From the NCBI GenBank assembly GCA_963716175.1, contig OY970296.1, forward strand, positions 3,744,001-3,808,000: a DNA stretch of 64,000 nt, given 5' to 3'. Source of the DNA: an uncultured Armatimonadetes bacterium. GTDB taxonomy: Bacteria; Armatimonadota; Hebobacteria; Hebobacterales; Hebobacteraceae. This document shows positions 49,936-61,504 of this stretch, in pieces. Each line of letters starts with the position of its first letter. The stretch's first letter is position 1. Below the pieces are notes generated by a model that saw only the letters and a program-made list of their open reading frames with translations, searched no databases and was not told the DNA's origin. A program made the translations under genes and the position numbers.

Positions 49936-51744
49936 TCAGTCCGCGATCTTGAGCACGCTGAGGAAGGCTTCCTGAGGGATATCAACCTTGCCGATCTGGC
50001 GCATGCGCTTCTTGCCGGCCTTCTGCTTTTCGAGCAGCTTCCGCTTCCGGGTGACGTCCCCGCCGTAGCACTTGGCGACCACATTCTTGCGCAGCGGCGC
50101 CACTCGCTCCGAGGCGATGATCCGCGATCCCAGGGCGGCCTGGATGCGGATCTCGAAGAGTTGCCGCGGCAGCGCCTTGCGCAGCCGCTCGACCAGCACC
50201 CGGCCCCGGTGCTGGGCGCGAGACTTGTGCGTGATCACCGAGAGCGCATCCACCGAGCTGCCATTGATGAGAATATCCAGCTTCACCAGCTCGTCCTCGC
50301 GGTAGCCGACGAACTCGTAATCGAGGGAGGCGTAGCCGCGGCTGCGGGACTTGAGCTGATCGAAGAAGTCCAGCAGAATCTCCGACAGCGGGAGCATGTA
50401 CCTGATCACCACCCGGTCGGTGTGCGACTGCTCCATGGCCTCGTACTCGCCCCGCCGGTCCTGGCACAGCTCCAGGCAGGGGCCGACGTATGCGGACGGG
50501 GTCATGATCGTCACCCGGATGTAGGGCTCCTCGATCTTCGCGATCTTCTCTATGGGCGGCAGCTTCGCCGGGCTGTCGCATTCGACCGCCTCGCCGGCGG
50601 TGGTGTGAACCCGATAGACCACGCTCGGCGCGGTGGCCACCAGGTCCAGCTCGTACTCCCGCTCCAACCGCTCCTGCACGATATCCATGTGCAGCAGCCC
50701 CAGGAATCCGCAGCGAAACCCAAAACCCAACGCCGCCGAGGTCTCGGCCTCGTAGCTCAGGGAGGCGTCGTTCAGGCTGAGCTTCTCGAGCGCGGTTCGC
50801 AGGTACGGGTAATCGGAGTTCTCCGAGGGGTAGATCCCGCAGAACACCATTGGCTTGAGGTGCCGGTATCCCGCGAGGGGCGCGGCGGCGGGCCGGCTGG
50901 CCTCGGTGATGGTTTCGCCCACCGGCGCCTGGCCGATCTCCTTCATGCCGGCCATCACGTAGCCCACCGCGCCGGCCGCTAGCTCTGAGACCGGCTCCAG
51001 TAGCAGGCGAAACACTCCCACCTCCTGCACCTCGAAGCGCTGGCCGGTGGACATCATCTGAATCTCCACGCCCGCGGACAAACGCCCATTCCGCACGCGC
51101 ACATAGGCCACGATGCCGCGATAGGGGTCGAAGTGGGAATCGAACACGAGCGCCTGCAGAGGCGCCTCGGGATCGCCGCTCGGCGGCGGGATGCGGCCTA
51201 CCACGGCCTCCAGCACATCCTCCACCCCGATCCCGAGTTTCGCGCTGGCCAGCAGGGCCTCGCCCCGGTCCATCCCGATGATCTCCTCCAACTCCAGCAG
51301 CGCCCGCTCGGGGGATGCGTTGGGCAGGTCTATCTTGTTGATCACCGGGATGATGGTCAGGCCCTGCTCCTCTGCCAGGTGGACATTGGCTACCGTCTGC
51401 GCCTCCACGCCCTGCGCCGCGTCGATCACCAGCAGCGCCCCCTCCGCCGCCGCCAGGGAGCGCGACACCTCATAGGTGAAATCCACGTGCCCCGGGGTGT
51501 CAATCAGGTTGAGCAGGTAGTCCTGGCCGTCCCTGGCGCGGTAGGTGCTGCGGATGGCGCTGGCCTTGATGGTGATGCCGCGCTCGCGCTCCAGGTCCAT
51601 TTGATCCAGGACCTGCTCCCGCATTTCGCGCTCGCCCAGCGCGTGCGTGATCTCGAGAATCCGATCCGCCAGCGTGGACTTGCCGTGGTCAATGTGCGCG
51701 ATGATGCAGAAGTTGCGAATGCGTTCTTGCTCGGAGAGTGGCAT
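49936..51744 (-). CDS. lepA: Elongation factor 4
   Basis: [42 protein letters not shown]. Confidence 0.97.
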   Translation of the reverse strand: MPLSEQERIRNFCIIAHIDHGKSTLADRILEITHALGEREMREQVLDQMDLERERGITIKASAIRSTYRARDGQDYLLNLIDTPGHVDFTYEVSRSLAAAEGALLVIDAAQGVEAQTVANVHLAEEQGLTIIPVINKIDLPNASPERALLELEEIIGMDRGEALLASAKLGIGVEDVLEAVVGRIPPPSGDPEAPLQALVFDSHFDPYRGIVAYVRVRNGRLSAGVEIQMMSTGQRFEVQEVGVFRLLLEPVSELAAGAVGYVMAGMKEIGQAPVGETITEASRPAAAPLAGYRHLKPMVFCGIYPSENSDYPYLRTALEKLSLNDASLSYEAETSAALGFGFRCGFLGLLHMDIVQERLEREYELDLVATAPSVVYRVHTTAGEAVECDSPAKLPPIEKIAKIEEPYIRVTIMTPSAYVGPCLELCQDRRGEYEAMEQSHTDRVVIRYMLPLSEILLDFFDQLKSRSRGYASLDYEFVGYREDELVKLDILINGSSVDALSVITHKSRAQHRGRVLVERLRKALPRQLFEIRIQAALGSRIIASERVAPLRKNVVAKCYGGDVTRKRKLLEKQKAGKKRMRQIGKVDIPQEAFLSVLKIAD

Positions 51745-51751
51745 GGGATCC

Positions 51752-53428
51752 CTATGCGATCGGCGCTGTCTGGGCTGACCCGCCCAGCCGCTGGCGGACC
51801 GCCGACCGAAAGCTCGTAATCTCGGGCGCGCCCAGCGCGGCCAGGATGCCAAGATAGACGAGAGCCCCTGCCGCAAGGCTGACCAGCACCTGGATGGCCA
51901 CGGCTGCGTTCGATCCCTGGGCGCCCGTTGCCGCCGCCGCCTGCGAGGCGGTGGTGATGAAGCGCGTCACCGGCACGTCCAACCGATGTCCGATCAATGC
52001 GGACACCCAATAGGCGGCCGCCCCCGCCAGGGCCGAGGCGAACATGACTCTCAAGAATGACGCCGCGATCGCTCGCCCGCCAGCTCCGCCCATTCGCCGC
52101 CGCAGCAGGTCGAACAACACCACGAACCCCACTGTCACACCCACCGACGTGGCAGCGGCTATCGTGGCATACTGGAGGGGATTGTGAAGCCTCATGGCGA
52201 TGACGGTGCCGAGCACGGTCAAGGAGGTGTAGCCTATGCCGACGAGCGCCGGCGTGCGTCCGTCCTTGAGCGAGTAGAACGCCCTATTGGCGATCTGCAG
52301 ACCGGACAGCCCGATGAGGGAGATGGCGTAGTAAAGCAGGGAAAGCTCAGCCATGGCTATCGCGGTCTCGTTCAGCCGCCCAGTTCGCCAGAGCAGCCTG
52401 AGCATGGGGCCGGCCAGGGCAATGAGCGCTGCCGTCGAGGGCACGGCGAGGAAGAACACGACGCGCAGCAGCCCGGAGAAGAGCTTGCGAAACTCCTCCA
52501 CCTGGTTCATCGCGATCTGCTCGGCCATCACCGGGAAGGCCGCCGTGGAGATGGCTATCCCCCAGAGCCCCAACGGGAAGACCACTAGGCGATTCGCGTA
52601 GCGCAGGCTGGTGATGGCACCTTTCTGAAAGTACGATCCAAAGAAGGCTGGCAGCCAGAGCAGGCAGATCTGCGTGAACGCCAGCCCGGCCATCACAGGC
52701 AGGAAAATGCGAAGGATCTCGCGCACTGAGGGATGGTTCAGTTCGAGAGAGGGCCGGTAGCGGAAGCCTCGCGCCAGCAGTGAGGGAATCTGCACCGCGA
52801 CCAGCAGGAACGCTCCTGCGAGCACGCCCACACAGAGCACCTTCAGTCCCAGCTGGTCGCTGTGGTAGTGCCGGGCAACCCAGCCCCCGCCGGTGAACGC
52901 GCCGGCGATGATGCCGACGTTGTACACTGGCCATGCCATCGCGGGTGCGGTGAAGTGCCGGTGCGACTGAAGAATGCCCGTGAATAGGGCGCTCAACACC
53001 GTGAAGAACACCATGGGAGCGACGATGCGCACGTAGCCAGCGCACTCGGCTGCCGCCCCGGCGCCGCGGAACCCGGGTGCCACAAGCAGGACGAACTCCC
53101 GAGCGAAGATGATGATGATGGAGATGCCAACGGCCGCGCACAGGATGAGTATGGTCGCCAGCGTGTTCACTACACGCCAGGTCTCCGGCTCCTGCTTCCG
53201 GGCAATGTGGGCGGTCAAGATAGGGATCACCGCGGCGCTGAGCGCGCCGCCGGCGAGCAGGTAGTAGAGCAGGTCGGGCACGTTGAACGCGGCCCAGTAG
53301 GCATCGGTGTGCCCGGTGCTGCCCCAGAAGTGCCCGACCGCGCGATCCCGCACCCACCCCAGCACGCGGCTCAGCAGGGACGCGACCACCATGATGGAAG
53401 CCCCCGCGAGGATCGTCTGGCGTTTCAC
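51752..53428 (-). CDS. murJ: Lipid II flippase MurJ
   Basis: [34 protein letters not shown]. Confidence 0.92.
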   Translation of the reverse strand: MKRQTILAGASIMVVASLLSRVLGWVRDRAVGHFWGSTGHTDAYWAAFNVPDLLYYLLAGGALSAAVIPILTAHIARKQEPETWRVVNTLATILILCAAVGISIIIIFAREFVLLVAPGFRGAGAAAECAGYVRIVAPMVFFTVLSALFTGILQSHRHFTAPAMAWPVYNVGIIAGAFTGGGWVARHYHSDQLGLKVLCVGVLAGAFLLVAVQIPSLLARGFRYRPSLELNHPSVREILRIFLPVMAGLAFTQICLLWLPAFFGSYFQKGAITSLRYANRLVVFPLGLWGIAISTAAFPVMAEQIAMNQVEEFRKLFSGLLRVVFFLAVPSTAALIALAGPMLRLLWRTGRLNETAIAMAELSLLYYAISLIGLSGLQIANRAFYSLKDGRTPALVGIGYTSLTVLGTVIAMRLHNPLQYATIAAATSVGVTVGFVVLFDLLRRRMGGAGGRAIAASFLRVMFASALAGAAAYWVSALIGHRLDVPVTRFITTASQAAAATGAQGSNAAVAIQVLVSLAAGALVYLGILAALGAPEITSFRSAVRQRLGGSAQTAPIA

Positions 53429-53434
53429 AGGGCC

Positions 53435-53464
53435 ATTATATCCGCAGCGAGAGAGGATTGGCAA
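53435..53464 (-). promoter_or_regulatory. murJ promoter (probably leaderless)
   Basis: TTGCCA-N18-TATAAT ending 6 nt before GTG start. Confidence 0.55.
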
Positions 53465-53499
53465 GGTGAGCTTCCCGCGCCCGACGAAACACCCGCGCC

Positions 53500-53892
53500 A
53501 TGTGGAAGCGCACGCGACCCCACGCCAAGACCCGCCAGGAGCTGGCCCGCATCGGGGAGGAGCACGCGGCGCGCTACCTCGCCTCCCGCGGCTACCGCAT
53601 CAAAGAGCGCAACTTCCGCGCCCCCGGCGGGGCCGAGGTGGACATCATCGCCGAACAGCGCGATGTGCTCGCCTTTGTGGAGGTGAAGGCGCGCACCTCG
53701 ACCGACTTCGCTCAGCCCCACGAGAGCGTCACCCCGTGGAAGCAGCGCCAGATCGCCCGCGCCGCCGCCTCCTACCTCGGCTCGCGAGAGCGCCGGGAGC
53801 GGGTGATGCGCTTCGATGTGGTCGAGGTCTTCTTGACCCCCAGGGGCCGGGTCGAGCGGGTGAGCCTGATAGAGGGGGCGTTCCAGGGGTGA
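53500..53892 (+). CDS. yraN: YraN family nuclease
   Basis: GE..A..YL...GY.I.ERN, EVDII, FVEVKAR, RFDVV. Confidence 0.92.
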   Translation: MWKRTRPHAKTRQELARIGEEHAARYLASRGYRIKERNFRAPGGAEVDIIAEQRDVLAFVEVKARTSTDFAQPHESVTPWKQRQIARAAASYLGSRERRERVMRFDVVEVFLTPRGRVERVSLIEGAFQG

Positions 53893-53912
53893 GAGCCAGC
53901 AGCACGGCCCGT

Positions 53913-54004
53913 CACCGCGGAGACGCCGGGAACGCAGCGGGCAGCGCCTGGGCCGGGCCTCTGACAACTGGATTCCTCCCAGTGCCCTCTGCGCCTCTGC
54001 GGTG
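53913..54004. repeat. Inverted pair of CACCGC(A/G)GAG(A/G)CGC repeats between convergent genes
   Basis: CACCGCGGAGACGC at 53913; reverse complement CACCGCAGAGGCGCAGAG ending 54004. Confidence 0.6.
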
Positions 54005-54019
54005 GACCTCTTGCCGCGT

Positions 54020-55828
54020 CTAATCCGCCCCTCCGCCGCCTCCTCCACCCCCACCGCCTCCGCCCCCGGAGAAGCCACCACCTCCGCCCGAACTGGAGGT
54101 AAAGGAGCTGGTGGCAGTGGCGAAGCTGGAGCTGAAGGAGGAGAAGGCACTGCCGATGGCGTCCATGCCGGCGAAGGGCGAGCCACTGCTGGACACCCAG
54201 TAAGGGAACGCGGCGGCCGGGGCCTCTCCCGCGGCCACCGCATGCGGGTACAGCTCCTTGAACTGCTCGATCACCCGCTCCGCCACTCCCAGGGTGATGG
54301 CGAAGACCAGATACTGCTCCCAGAGCGCGACCGCCGGAGCCGGATACTGCTGCAACTGGGAGAAGTCGGTCAGATAGCGCCGGAATGCCTGCCAGCGATG
54401 GAGAGCCACCGCCGCCTCCGGATTCCGCCGGCGCAGATTGAGGCTGGCCGGTATCGAGCGCGAAGCCGACGAACCCGTTGAGCATGGCCAGCGGTGATTG
54501 CAGGGCCGCCACCAGCAAGAAGACCGAGAGGAACATGGCGATGCCTACCGCCATCCCCACCCCCATCGCCCGCTTGCTCCGCGGGTCTACCAGGTCCAGT
54601 CGCTGCGATTCGCTTTTCGCCAGATCACGCCAGTGCTCATACCGGGCCCGCGCACTGACCGGGTCGCTCTTCGCCATCTCCCTGAACTGATCCATCGAGA
54701 CCCGGCCCTCGGATTCGAACCCGCGGAAGAGGATCTCGCTCACCAGATAGCGCTCAGACGGCCCGAGATCGCCCTTGAACTCGGCCACCCGCTCCACGTA
54801 TTGCTCGTCCTCCACGGCCGTGCCCAGCAGACCGCCCAGGCGGGGATGAGCCTCTGCTCTCACCACCAACCGCAGCGCGCCCCGACGCACCAGGTCCATC
54901 AGCGTCGCAGTCATATCCTGGGGGCCCAGCTCGCCCCACCGCCAGAGGTAGCCGACATCGTCGGGCGTCCATCCCTCCAGCGGCTCGCGCACGTACTCGG
55001 GCAGGTTCTGCTCCTGGTACTCCCGCCCATAGCGGAAGTAGAGACCCAGCCAGAAGCCAACCCCCGCGATCAGGATCAGAACGGGAAGCGCCAGCTTCAT
55101 CTGAGCCTTCACCCGCCGCGATTGGCCTGGCTGGCCCAGCGCCCCTCCTCCTCCAGCGCCACGGGCAGAATCGTCGCCGTGTCCTGGCGAGGGCTGGTTG
55201 CGATCAGATCCGTGGGAAACAGCAGCCGCAGCCCTATCATCTCCCTGGGAGGCAGAGGATTGCAGGTGAGGTCAACCCGGCCCTCCTGAATCTCAGTCTT
55301 TCCCCACAGAGGCCCATGGGCCCAGGCTCGCAGGCCCGCCCGCGGCACCCTCCCCGGAAGGCTGATCGTCACCCGCGCCAGCTCTGACCGCGCCTCCCAT
55401 TCGGTCCCGACGAACTTCCAGTACAGCTCGGCCAGGTCGTCATGCTTCACCACCGCGCCGGTTACATCGTAGTCCACGGTGAACAGGCGGGACTCGTCGC
55501 TCGCCTGGTAGTACCAGTCAGCTCGGAACTGGCCGCCTCCGCGAGAAGTGACGAAGCTGTCCGGCGCTTCTCCGGCGGTCTGTTGATAGGGGGAGCCATT
55601 CTCCGTCACCAGGAAGCTCTCGATCTGGGTGCCGGCGGGCAGCGGGATCACCCGGTAGGCGTGGTGGAACGTCCCCGAGAACACGTACTCCCTGGTCTCC
55701 CGCACGTGCATCGAGCCATCGCCGCGGACTTCAGCCGCGATCTCGGTGCGGGCGAGGTGAAAGCTCTTCGCCTCCGCGGGAAGGGGAAGCGATAGCAGCA
55801 ACAGCAAGACCCCGGCACCCCGCACCAT
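54020..55828 (-). CDS. DUF2207 membrane protein (two apparent frameshifts, ~55110 and ~54450)
   Basis: AELYWKFVG, ATLMDLVRRG, W.AFRRYL.DFS, WEQYLVFA..LG, Gly-rich GGFSGGGGG tail. Confidence 0.85.
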
Positions 55829-55971
55829 CCTGACCTCCTCGACTCTGCTGCGGCTCGGCGGCGAGCATACTCTCAGTGGCAGTATGCCACAGCGCAGCGT
55901 GCAGGGCCAACGCGGAGAGGAGAGAAATGCCTGCCTGCAGAACCAGGGGAGGGGTGCTACGAGGGGGTGAT

Positions 55972-56226
55972 ATGCCCAGGTGCGACCCCATACTGATAGA
56001 CTGCGACTGCTCCGATCTGAACTGCCCGGTACGCTTCCGGCTGTCTGACCTCATCAGGGCTATCCAGGCATGGACGGATAACCCTGACCAGCAGAGAGCG
56101 CTCGTCGAGGCATGGCTCAGAGGGCATCACATGCGCCTGCAGCAGCATGGCGAAGAAAAGGTCCATCACTTCGAGCTGCGCGATGGCCGAGATCTAGAAG
56201 CTCCGCATGCTCGCCCTGATAGATAG
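55972..56226 (+). CDS. Small Cys/His-rich hypothetical protein
   Basis: RBS GAGGGGGTG; overlaps comM start. Confidence 0.4.
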   Translation: MPRCDPILIDCDCSDLNCPVRFRLSDLIRAIQAWTDNPDQQRALVEAWLRGHHMRLQQHGEEKVHHFELRDGRDLEAPHARPDR

Positions 56227-57739
56227 CTGTGCCGTGCTGGGGATAGAGGCCCACCTGGTGCAAACTCAGGTGGACGTAGGCCGCGGGCAGGCCAAGGTCA
56301 CCATCGTCGGCCTGCCGGATAAGGCGGTGCAAGAGGCGGCCGATCGCGTCGCCTCCGCCGTCCGCAATTCCACCTTCTCCTTTCCCGCCTACCGGGTCAC
56401 GGTCAACCTCGCCCCGGCCGACATCCGCAAGGAAGGCCCCTCTTTCGATCTCTCCATCGCACTGGGAGTGCTGGCCGCCACCGAGCAGATCGCCGGGGGG
56501 GACATGGACCAACTGGTGGCGGTGGGAGAGCTATCGCTCGATGGCTCCGTGCGTCCCATCTCGGGCGTGCTTCCGATCGCCCTGGCCGCCCGGGAGGCGA
56601 ACCGCAAGGGCCTGATCGTGCCCGAGGAGAATGTGGCGGAAGCCACCGTGGTGGAGGGCCTGGCGGTCTACCCGGTGCGCACCCTGTGGGAGGCGGCCGA
56701 GGTGGTGGCTCACCCGGACCGGCGCCGGCCCGCCGCCTCTTCGGCCGGGCACTGGATGCTGTCCGAGCCGGAGTACCCGATTGACTTCTCCGAGGTTAAA
56801 GGCCAGACCCATGCCAAGCGGGCATTGGAGGTGGCCGCCGCGGGCGGCCACAATGTGGTGATGGTGGGGCCGCCGGGGGCGGGGAAGACCATGCTGGCCA
56901 TGCGCCTGCCCAGCATCTTGCCGCTGCTGCGCATAGAAGAGGCGCTGGAGGTCACCAAGGTCTACAGCATCAGCGGCAGGGTGCCGCGCGGGACAGGCCT
57001 CATTACCACTCGCCCGTTTCGCGCTCCTCACCACACCATTTCCGCGGCTGGGCTGGCCGGGGGCGGGGCAATACCCAAGCCCGGAGAGGTGTCCCTCGCC
57101 CACTACGGTGTGCTTTTCCTGGACGAGCTGCCGGAGTTCAGCCGGGACGCGCTGGAGGTGCTCCGCCAGCCCCTGGAGGAGGGAGTGGTGAACATCGCAC
57201 GCGTCGCCGGCAGCGCCACCTTCCCGGCGCGGGTGATGATGGTGGCCGCCCTCAACCCCTGCCCCTGCGGCTACTTCATGGACGCGACCAGGAGCTGCTC
57301 CTGCTCCGTCTCCAGAATCCGCAGCTATCTGCAGCGCATCTCAGGCCCGCTGCTGGACCGGGTAGACATTCAGATCGAGGTGCCGCGGCTGGTGCGGGAT
57401 GAGATGCTGAGCACCAGTGACAGCGAGCCCTCGGCCGCGCTGCGAGCGCGGGTCCAGCAGGCCCGCTCGCTGCAGGCTGAGCGCTTCGCCGGTGCTGGCA
57501 TCTACTGCAATGCCCACATGCGGCCCCGCGATCTGCGCCAGCACTGCGCGCTCAGCGACGAGGTGCGCAAGTTCCTCAGCGGCGCCATCGACCGGCTCGG
57601 CCTCAGCGCCCGCGCCTTCGACCGGGTGGTCAAGCTCAGCCGCACCATCGCCGACCTGGATAGCGCGCCCGAGATCAATGAACAACACGTCGCCGAGGCG
57701 ATTCAGTACCGGGGGTTAGACAGGAAGTTGTGGGCCTGA
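56207..57739 (+). CDS. comM: ComM/YifB Mg-chelatase-like AAA+ helicase
   Basis: VGLPD, VNLAPAD..KEG, GPPGAGKTM, PFRAPHH, LDELPEF, NPCPCG, SGPLLDR. Confidence 0.95.
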   Translation: MLALIDSCAVLGIEAHLVQTQVDVGRGQAKVTIVGLPDKAVQEAADRVASAVRNSTFSFPAYRVTVNLAPADIRKEGPSFDLSIALGVLAATEQIAGGDMDQLVAVGELSLDGSVRPISGVLPIALAAREANRKGLIVPEENVAEATVVEGLAVYPVRTLWEAAEVVAHPDRRRPAASSAGHWMLSEPEYPIDFSEVKGQTHAKRALEVAAAGGHNVVMVGPPGAGKTMLAMRLPSILPLLRIEEALEVTKVYSISGRVPRGTGLITTRPFRAPHHTISAAGLAGGGAIPKPGEVSLAHYGVLFLDELPEFSRDALEVLRQPLEEGVVNIARVAGSATFPARVMMVAALNPCPCGYFMDATRSCSCSVSRIRSYLQRISGPLLDRVDIQIEVPRLVRDEMLSTSDSEPSAALRARVQQARSLQAERFAGAGIYCNAHMRPRDLRQHCALSDEVRKFLSGAIDRLGLSARAFDRVVKLSRTIADLDSAPEINEQHVAEAIQYRGLDRKLWA

Positions 57740-57794
57740 TGGCGGCCTCCCGGCGCGTTGCTGAAGGTCTCTTCCCCACCATAGGAGTTCACGG

Positions 57795-60398
57795 ATGAAG
57801 CATCACACGATGATGACGAGCGTGCTCATGGCGGCCTTTGGTGTAGGCTGTCTTGCCCTTGGCCCCTGCTCGCAGGCCGGAGCTGGGGCTGCAGCCAAGG
57901 CGCCGGCGAAGGGGCCAGTCAAGCTCAAGATCACTAAGCAGCCCGCCGCCTACCAGGGAAAGCCGGCGAGCTACTGGCTCAAAGCTCTGGACAGCGAGGA
58001 CGAGAAGCTCCGGCGGCAGGCGGCGGAGGCAATAGTGGCGATAGGCAGGCCGGCCTATCCGCCGCTCAGCTACCTGCTGCGAGACTCCAGCAAGCCCGTC
58101 TGGCGCAACACTGTCGCCTCCTTCGTGCAGATCGGGCCACGCGCGGTGCCCGTCCTGCTGGCCCTGATCCGGATGGAACAATCGGAGGATCTGAGCCACA
58201 ACGCGGGCGCGGCCGCGGTGCTGGAGATGGGGCCGGCCGCATTCCCGGCGCTGCAGACCGCGCTGCGCGATGAGCGCGCACCAATCCGGCTCGCAGCCGT
58301 CGTCGCACTCCGCGTCCAGGGCTTCTCCGGCCGCGCGGACAAGGCTGCCGGGCCCGCTCTCATCGCGGTGTTGAAGAGCGACAAGCGGGCCGACATCCGG
58401 GGGGCAGCGGCCAATGCTCTGGGTCTCTTTCGTCCCGCGCCGGAAGGGGCCGTGCCCGCGTTGACGGGCGCGCTGAAGGACAAGGAGCTACTGGTGCGAG
58501 TGATGGCCGCCCAAGCCCTCGCCATGCGGAGCGCGACGGCGGAGAACAGAATCCGGCAGGCCACGGCGGGCGTTCCGGCGCTGATCGAGGGGCTGAAGAG
58601 CAGCAGCAAACCCTCGCGCTACGAGTCGGTGATTGCACTCGGGCTGCTGGGATCGGATGGCGCGCCAGCGGTCCCGGCTCTCGCCGCCTCGCTGGGAAGC
58701 GCCGACATTGGCGGCCTTGCCGCTCAGTCTCTGGCGGCGATTGGCGACGCGGCTGTGCCCGCCCTGCTCAAGACGGTGCAGGCCGGGAGCCCCCAGGCCC
58801 GCGGCAATGCTGCCGCCGCGCTCAGACAGCTTGGCGAGATCGGGAAGGCTTCGGCCACCAGCCTGCTTGCCGATCTCCAGAGTAAGGATGCGCAAGTGCG
58901 CCAGCGCGCGGCCCAGGCGCTGGGGGACGCCGCGCCCGACGACCCGAGGGTGATCCCGGCACTCACCGCGGCGCTGAGTGACAGCGACCAGGGGGTGCGT
59001 GACCGCGCGGCCTACGCGCTGGGCCGCTACGGACCGCAGGCCAGCTCGGCCCTGCCTGCGCTCACCGCCGCCCTCAGCAACCCCGGCGTGCGCCGCGCCG
59101 CGGCCTCCGCCCTGGGCGCCATGGGGCCGGCCGCGGAGCCCGCGATTCCCGCCCTGGCAGCAGCCATGTCCAAAGACCCGTTGAGTGGGGCCGGCGAGGC
59201 ACTGGGCCGCATCGGCCCGGCCGCGGTGCCGGCTCTGGTGTCTGCACTCAAGGATCCCAACAAGGAGGCACACGGGGACGCCGCCTTCGCCCTTGCTTAC
59301 CTGGGTCCCGATGCCGCGCCGACTGTCCCCGCGCTGGCGGCTGCGCTCGAGGACGAGGAGGCCCGCGTGCGCATTGCCGCCGCCATCGCGCTGGGCGCCG
59401 TCGGACCCGCCGCCCGGCCGGCCGTGCCCGACCTGGTCGCCACGCTTCGCGACCCCGACCCAGCGGTCAGCGCCTGGGCCGCTCACGCCCTGGGGCTAAT
59501 CGGCCCTGAGGCCAAGGAGGCACTGCCGGTGCTGCGCGAGGCCGTCATGGTCAATGACCCTGGCGTCCGCTGGGAGGCCGCCACCGCGCTTGTCCGGATC
59601 GGAGACACCCTTCCCGCGGTGCCGCCGCTGGCAGCCTTCGCGAAGAACAAGGGAGGGCCGGTTCGGTTCGATGCCATCTCCCAGTTGCGGGACATCGGCC
59701 CCATGGCTGTCGCGGCTGTGCCGTCGCTGCTGCAACTGGCCAGCGACCGCGGAGACGCCAAGCTCATTCGCATCGCCAGCGCGGCCGCGCTGCTGAGCAT
59801 CCAGCCGGGAAACGCGAAGGTGATCGCCCTTCTCACGCAGGCGCTGGGGGATATCAGCGAGCGTGTCCGCCTTGCTGCTGCCGCCGCGCTGGCCGAAGCC
59901 GGCCAAGCTGGCGAGCAGGTGCAGGCGGCGCTGCGCCCGATGCTGCGGGGAGAGGACAAGGAGCGCGCAGCCACTGCCGCCGAGATTCTGGCGCGAATCG
60001 CTCCCGAGGACAAGGCGGCTCCGGACTTCCTGACCAATGCCTTGCAGGACAAGGACTTCCGGGTCAGGTTCGCCGCCGCGACTGCGCTGGCAGGTACAGC
60101 CAGCGCCACTGCGGCGGCCGTACCGGCGCTGATCTTCCATCTGCACGATGAGGATAAGTGGAACCGCTATCGCGCGGCGGAGGCCCTGGGAGACATGGGC
60201 CCCAGGGCACAAGCGGCGGCGGCGGCGCTTAGTCAGCTCTTGTACGATTCCGACCGGGACGTGCGCCGGGCGGCCCTGATCGCGCTGAAGAAGCTGCGAG
60301 GAGAGCTGCCGCCATCCTCTTCTGACCCTGAATCAACGCACTCCCTTCTCGACCGGTTGGTGAGAGAGGAGAGCATGCGCGAGCTGTGGCTGCGGTGA
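57795..60398 (+). CDS. HEAT/PBS-lyase repeat protein with signal-like N-terminus
   Basis: Many A..ALG.IGP.A..AVPAL...L.D repeats. Confidence 0.88.
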   Translation: MKHHTMMTSVLMAAFGVGCLALGPCSQAGAGAAAKAPAKGPVKLKITKQPAAYQGKPASYWLKALDSEDEKLRRQAAEAIVAIGRPAYPPLSYLLRDSSKPVWRNTVASFVQIGPRAVPVLLALIRMEQSEDLSHNAGAAAVLEMGPAAFPALQTALRDERAPIRLAAVVALRVQGFSGRADKAAGPALIAVLKSDKRADIRGAAANALGLFRPAPEGAVPALTGALKDKELLVRVMAAQALAMRSATAENRIRQATAGVPALIEGLKSSSKPSRYESVIALGLLGSDGAPAVPALAASLGSADIGGLAAQSLAAIGDAAVPALLKTVQAGSPQARGNAAAALRQLGEIGKASATSLLADLQSKDAQVRQRAAQALGDAAPDDPRVIPALTAALSDSDQGVRDRAAYALGRYGPQASSALPALTAALSNPGVRRAAASALGAMGPAAEPAIPALAAAMSKDPLSGAGEALGRIGPAAVPALVSALKDPNKEAHGDAAFALAYLGPDAAPTVPALAAALEDEEARVRIAAAIALGAVGPAARPAVPDLVATLRDPDPAVSAWAAHALGLIGPEAKEALPVLREAVMVNDPGVRWEAATALVRIGDTLPAVPPLAAFAKNKGGPVRFDAISQLRDIGPMAVAAVPSLLQLASDRGDAKLIRIASAAALLSIQPGNAKVIALLTQALGDISERVRLAAAAALAEAGQAGEQVQAALRPMLRGEDKERAATAAEILARIAPEDKAAPDFLTNALQDKDFRVRFAAATALAGTASATAAAVPALIFHLHDEDKWNRYRAAEALGDMGPRAQAAAAALSQLLYDSDRDVRRAALIALKKLRGELPPSSSDPESTHSLLDRLVREESMRELWLR

Positions 60399-60420
60399 GC
60401 GCCGCCACCGGCAGGCGGAG

Positions 60421-61314
60421 TCACTTGACCCCTGCCGCTGCGCGTGTCACCAGGGCCATCACCTGGTTCCGCTTCGCCGTCTCGCTCGTCCCGATCACCA
60501 CGAATCGCCCCTTGCGAGCGGCGGCGAACTCGCCATAGGAGGCGTCCCGCGCCGCAAAGCACTCCTCGCCCACCCCGGCGATGGCGGTCACGCCTGCGCC
60601 TGCCCGCTGCTCGAACTCCCGCAGCTTCTGCCAGCTCTGCTTGGCCTGCGCGGCGGTGGTGAGGTCGGCAATGTGAATGGCGGTGAGCGTCGTCCCCACG
60701 CGATACTCCGCGCTGATCACGTCCGTCAGGCCCCGATGGCCCAGCGCGTCCTTCCTCACGTAGCGCTCACTGCCGGCAACGCGGCCCGGGGCCGGAAGGC
60801 GCTTGAACTCCGCGGGCAGCCCCCAGGACCCCGGAAAGCGCTGTGCCACCTGCTCGCCCAGCAGGCGCCCCTGGGCCACGTCGTCGCTCTCCATCACCGC
60901 GATCTTAACGTAATAGCGACCCTTAGCGAACGCCACCAACCCATCTGACACGTAGCCCTCGGCCCCGAACGATGAGACACCGCGCGCGGGCCTCTCGGTG
61001 GCGAAGATGCCATAAGCATGCAGGGGCGCGCCCATGTCGTAGATGTCAACGGTGATGAGGCGGTCGGGCGCTTCGTCTCTGGCATAGGTCGCGGTCGCCA
61101 TGTCCTTGAGACCATAGGAGAGAAACAGGTCGGCCGCGCCGTCAATGTACTCATAGAGCTTGGCGGGCGTGAAGCTGCGTGCCTCGCCTTGCCGCGACCA
61201 GCCTTCGGCGAGGCCGCTCGGTGGCAGCGAATCCGTTAGCCCCCCGGCGACCGCGCCAGCCTGAAGCAGCGCGAGCAGCAGCAGCACTGCAACCGCGCTG
61301 GGCCAGCGCTGCAT
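60421..61314 (-). CDS. Exported protein, DUF6599-like
   Basis: Signal peptide; LYEYIDGAA.LF..YG, DIYDMG...AYGIF, KG.YYVK. Confidence 0.65.
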   Translation of the reverse strand: MQRWPSAVAVLLLLALLQAGAVAGGLTDSLPPSGLAEGWSRQGEARSFTPAKLYEYIDGAADLFLSYGLKDMATATYARDEAPDRLITVDIYDMGAPLHAYGIFATERPARGVSSFGAEGYVSDGLVAFAKGRYYVKIAVMESDDVAQGRLLGEQVAQRFPGSWGLPAEFKRLPAPGRVAGSERYVRKDALGHRGLTDVISAEYRVGTTLTAIHIADLTTAAQAKQSWQKLREFEQRAGAGVTAIAGVGEECFAARDASYGEFAAARKGRFVVIGTSETAKRNQVMALVTRAAAGVK

Positions 61315-61504
61315 GGTCTTCCTCCTACCGGCGACAGAGATCCAGCGCGCTCCCAAACTCAGGGGCGCGCGCCAGTCTAGCAGATGCCGCAGGTATCCCG
61401 CAACCGTTCTCGACACGCGGACTAACTGGGAGGCCCGTCAGGCGCGCCAGACCGCCGCCAAGAGCCCGGGGCGAGCAGGAGACGTGCTTCTCTGGTGCGA
61501 ACCA

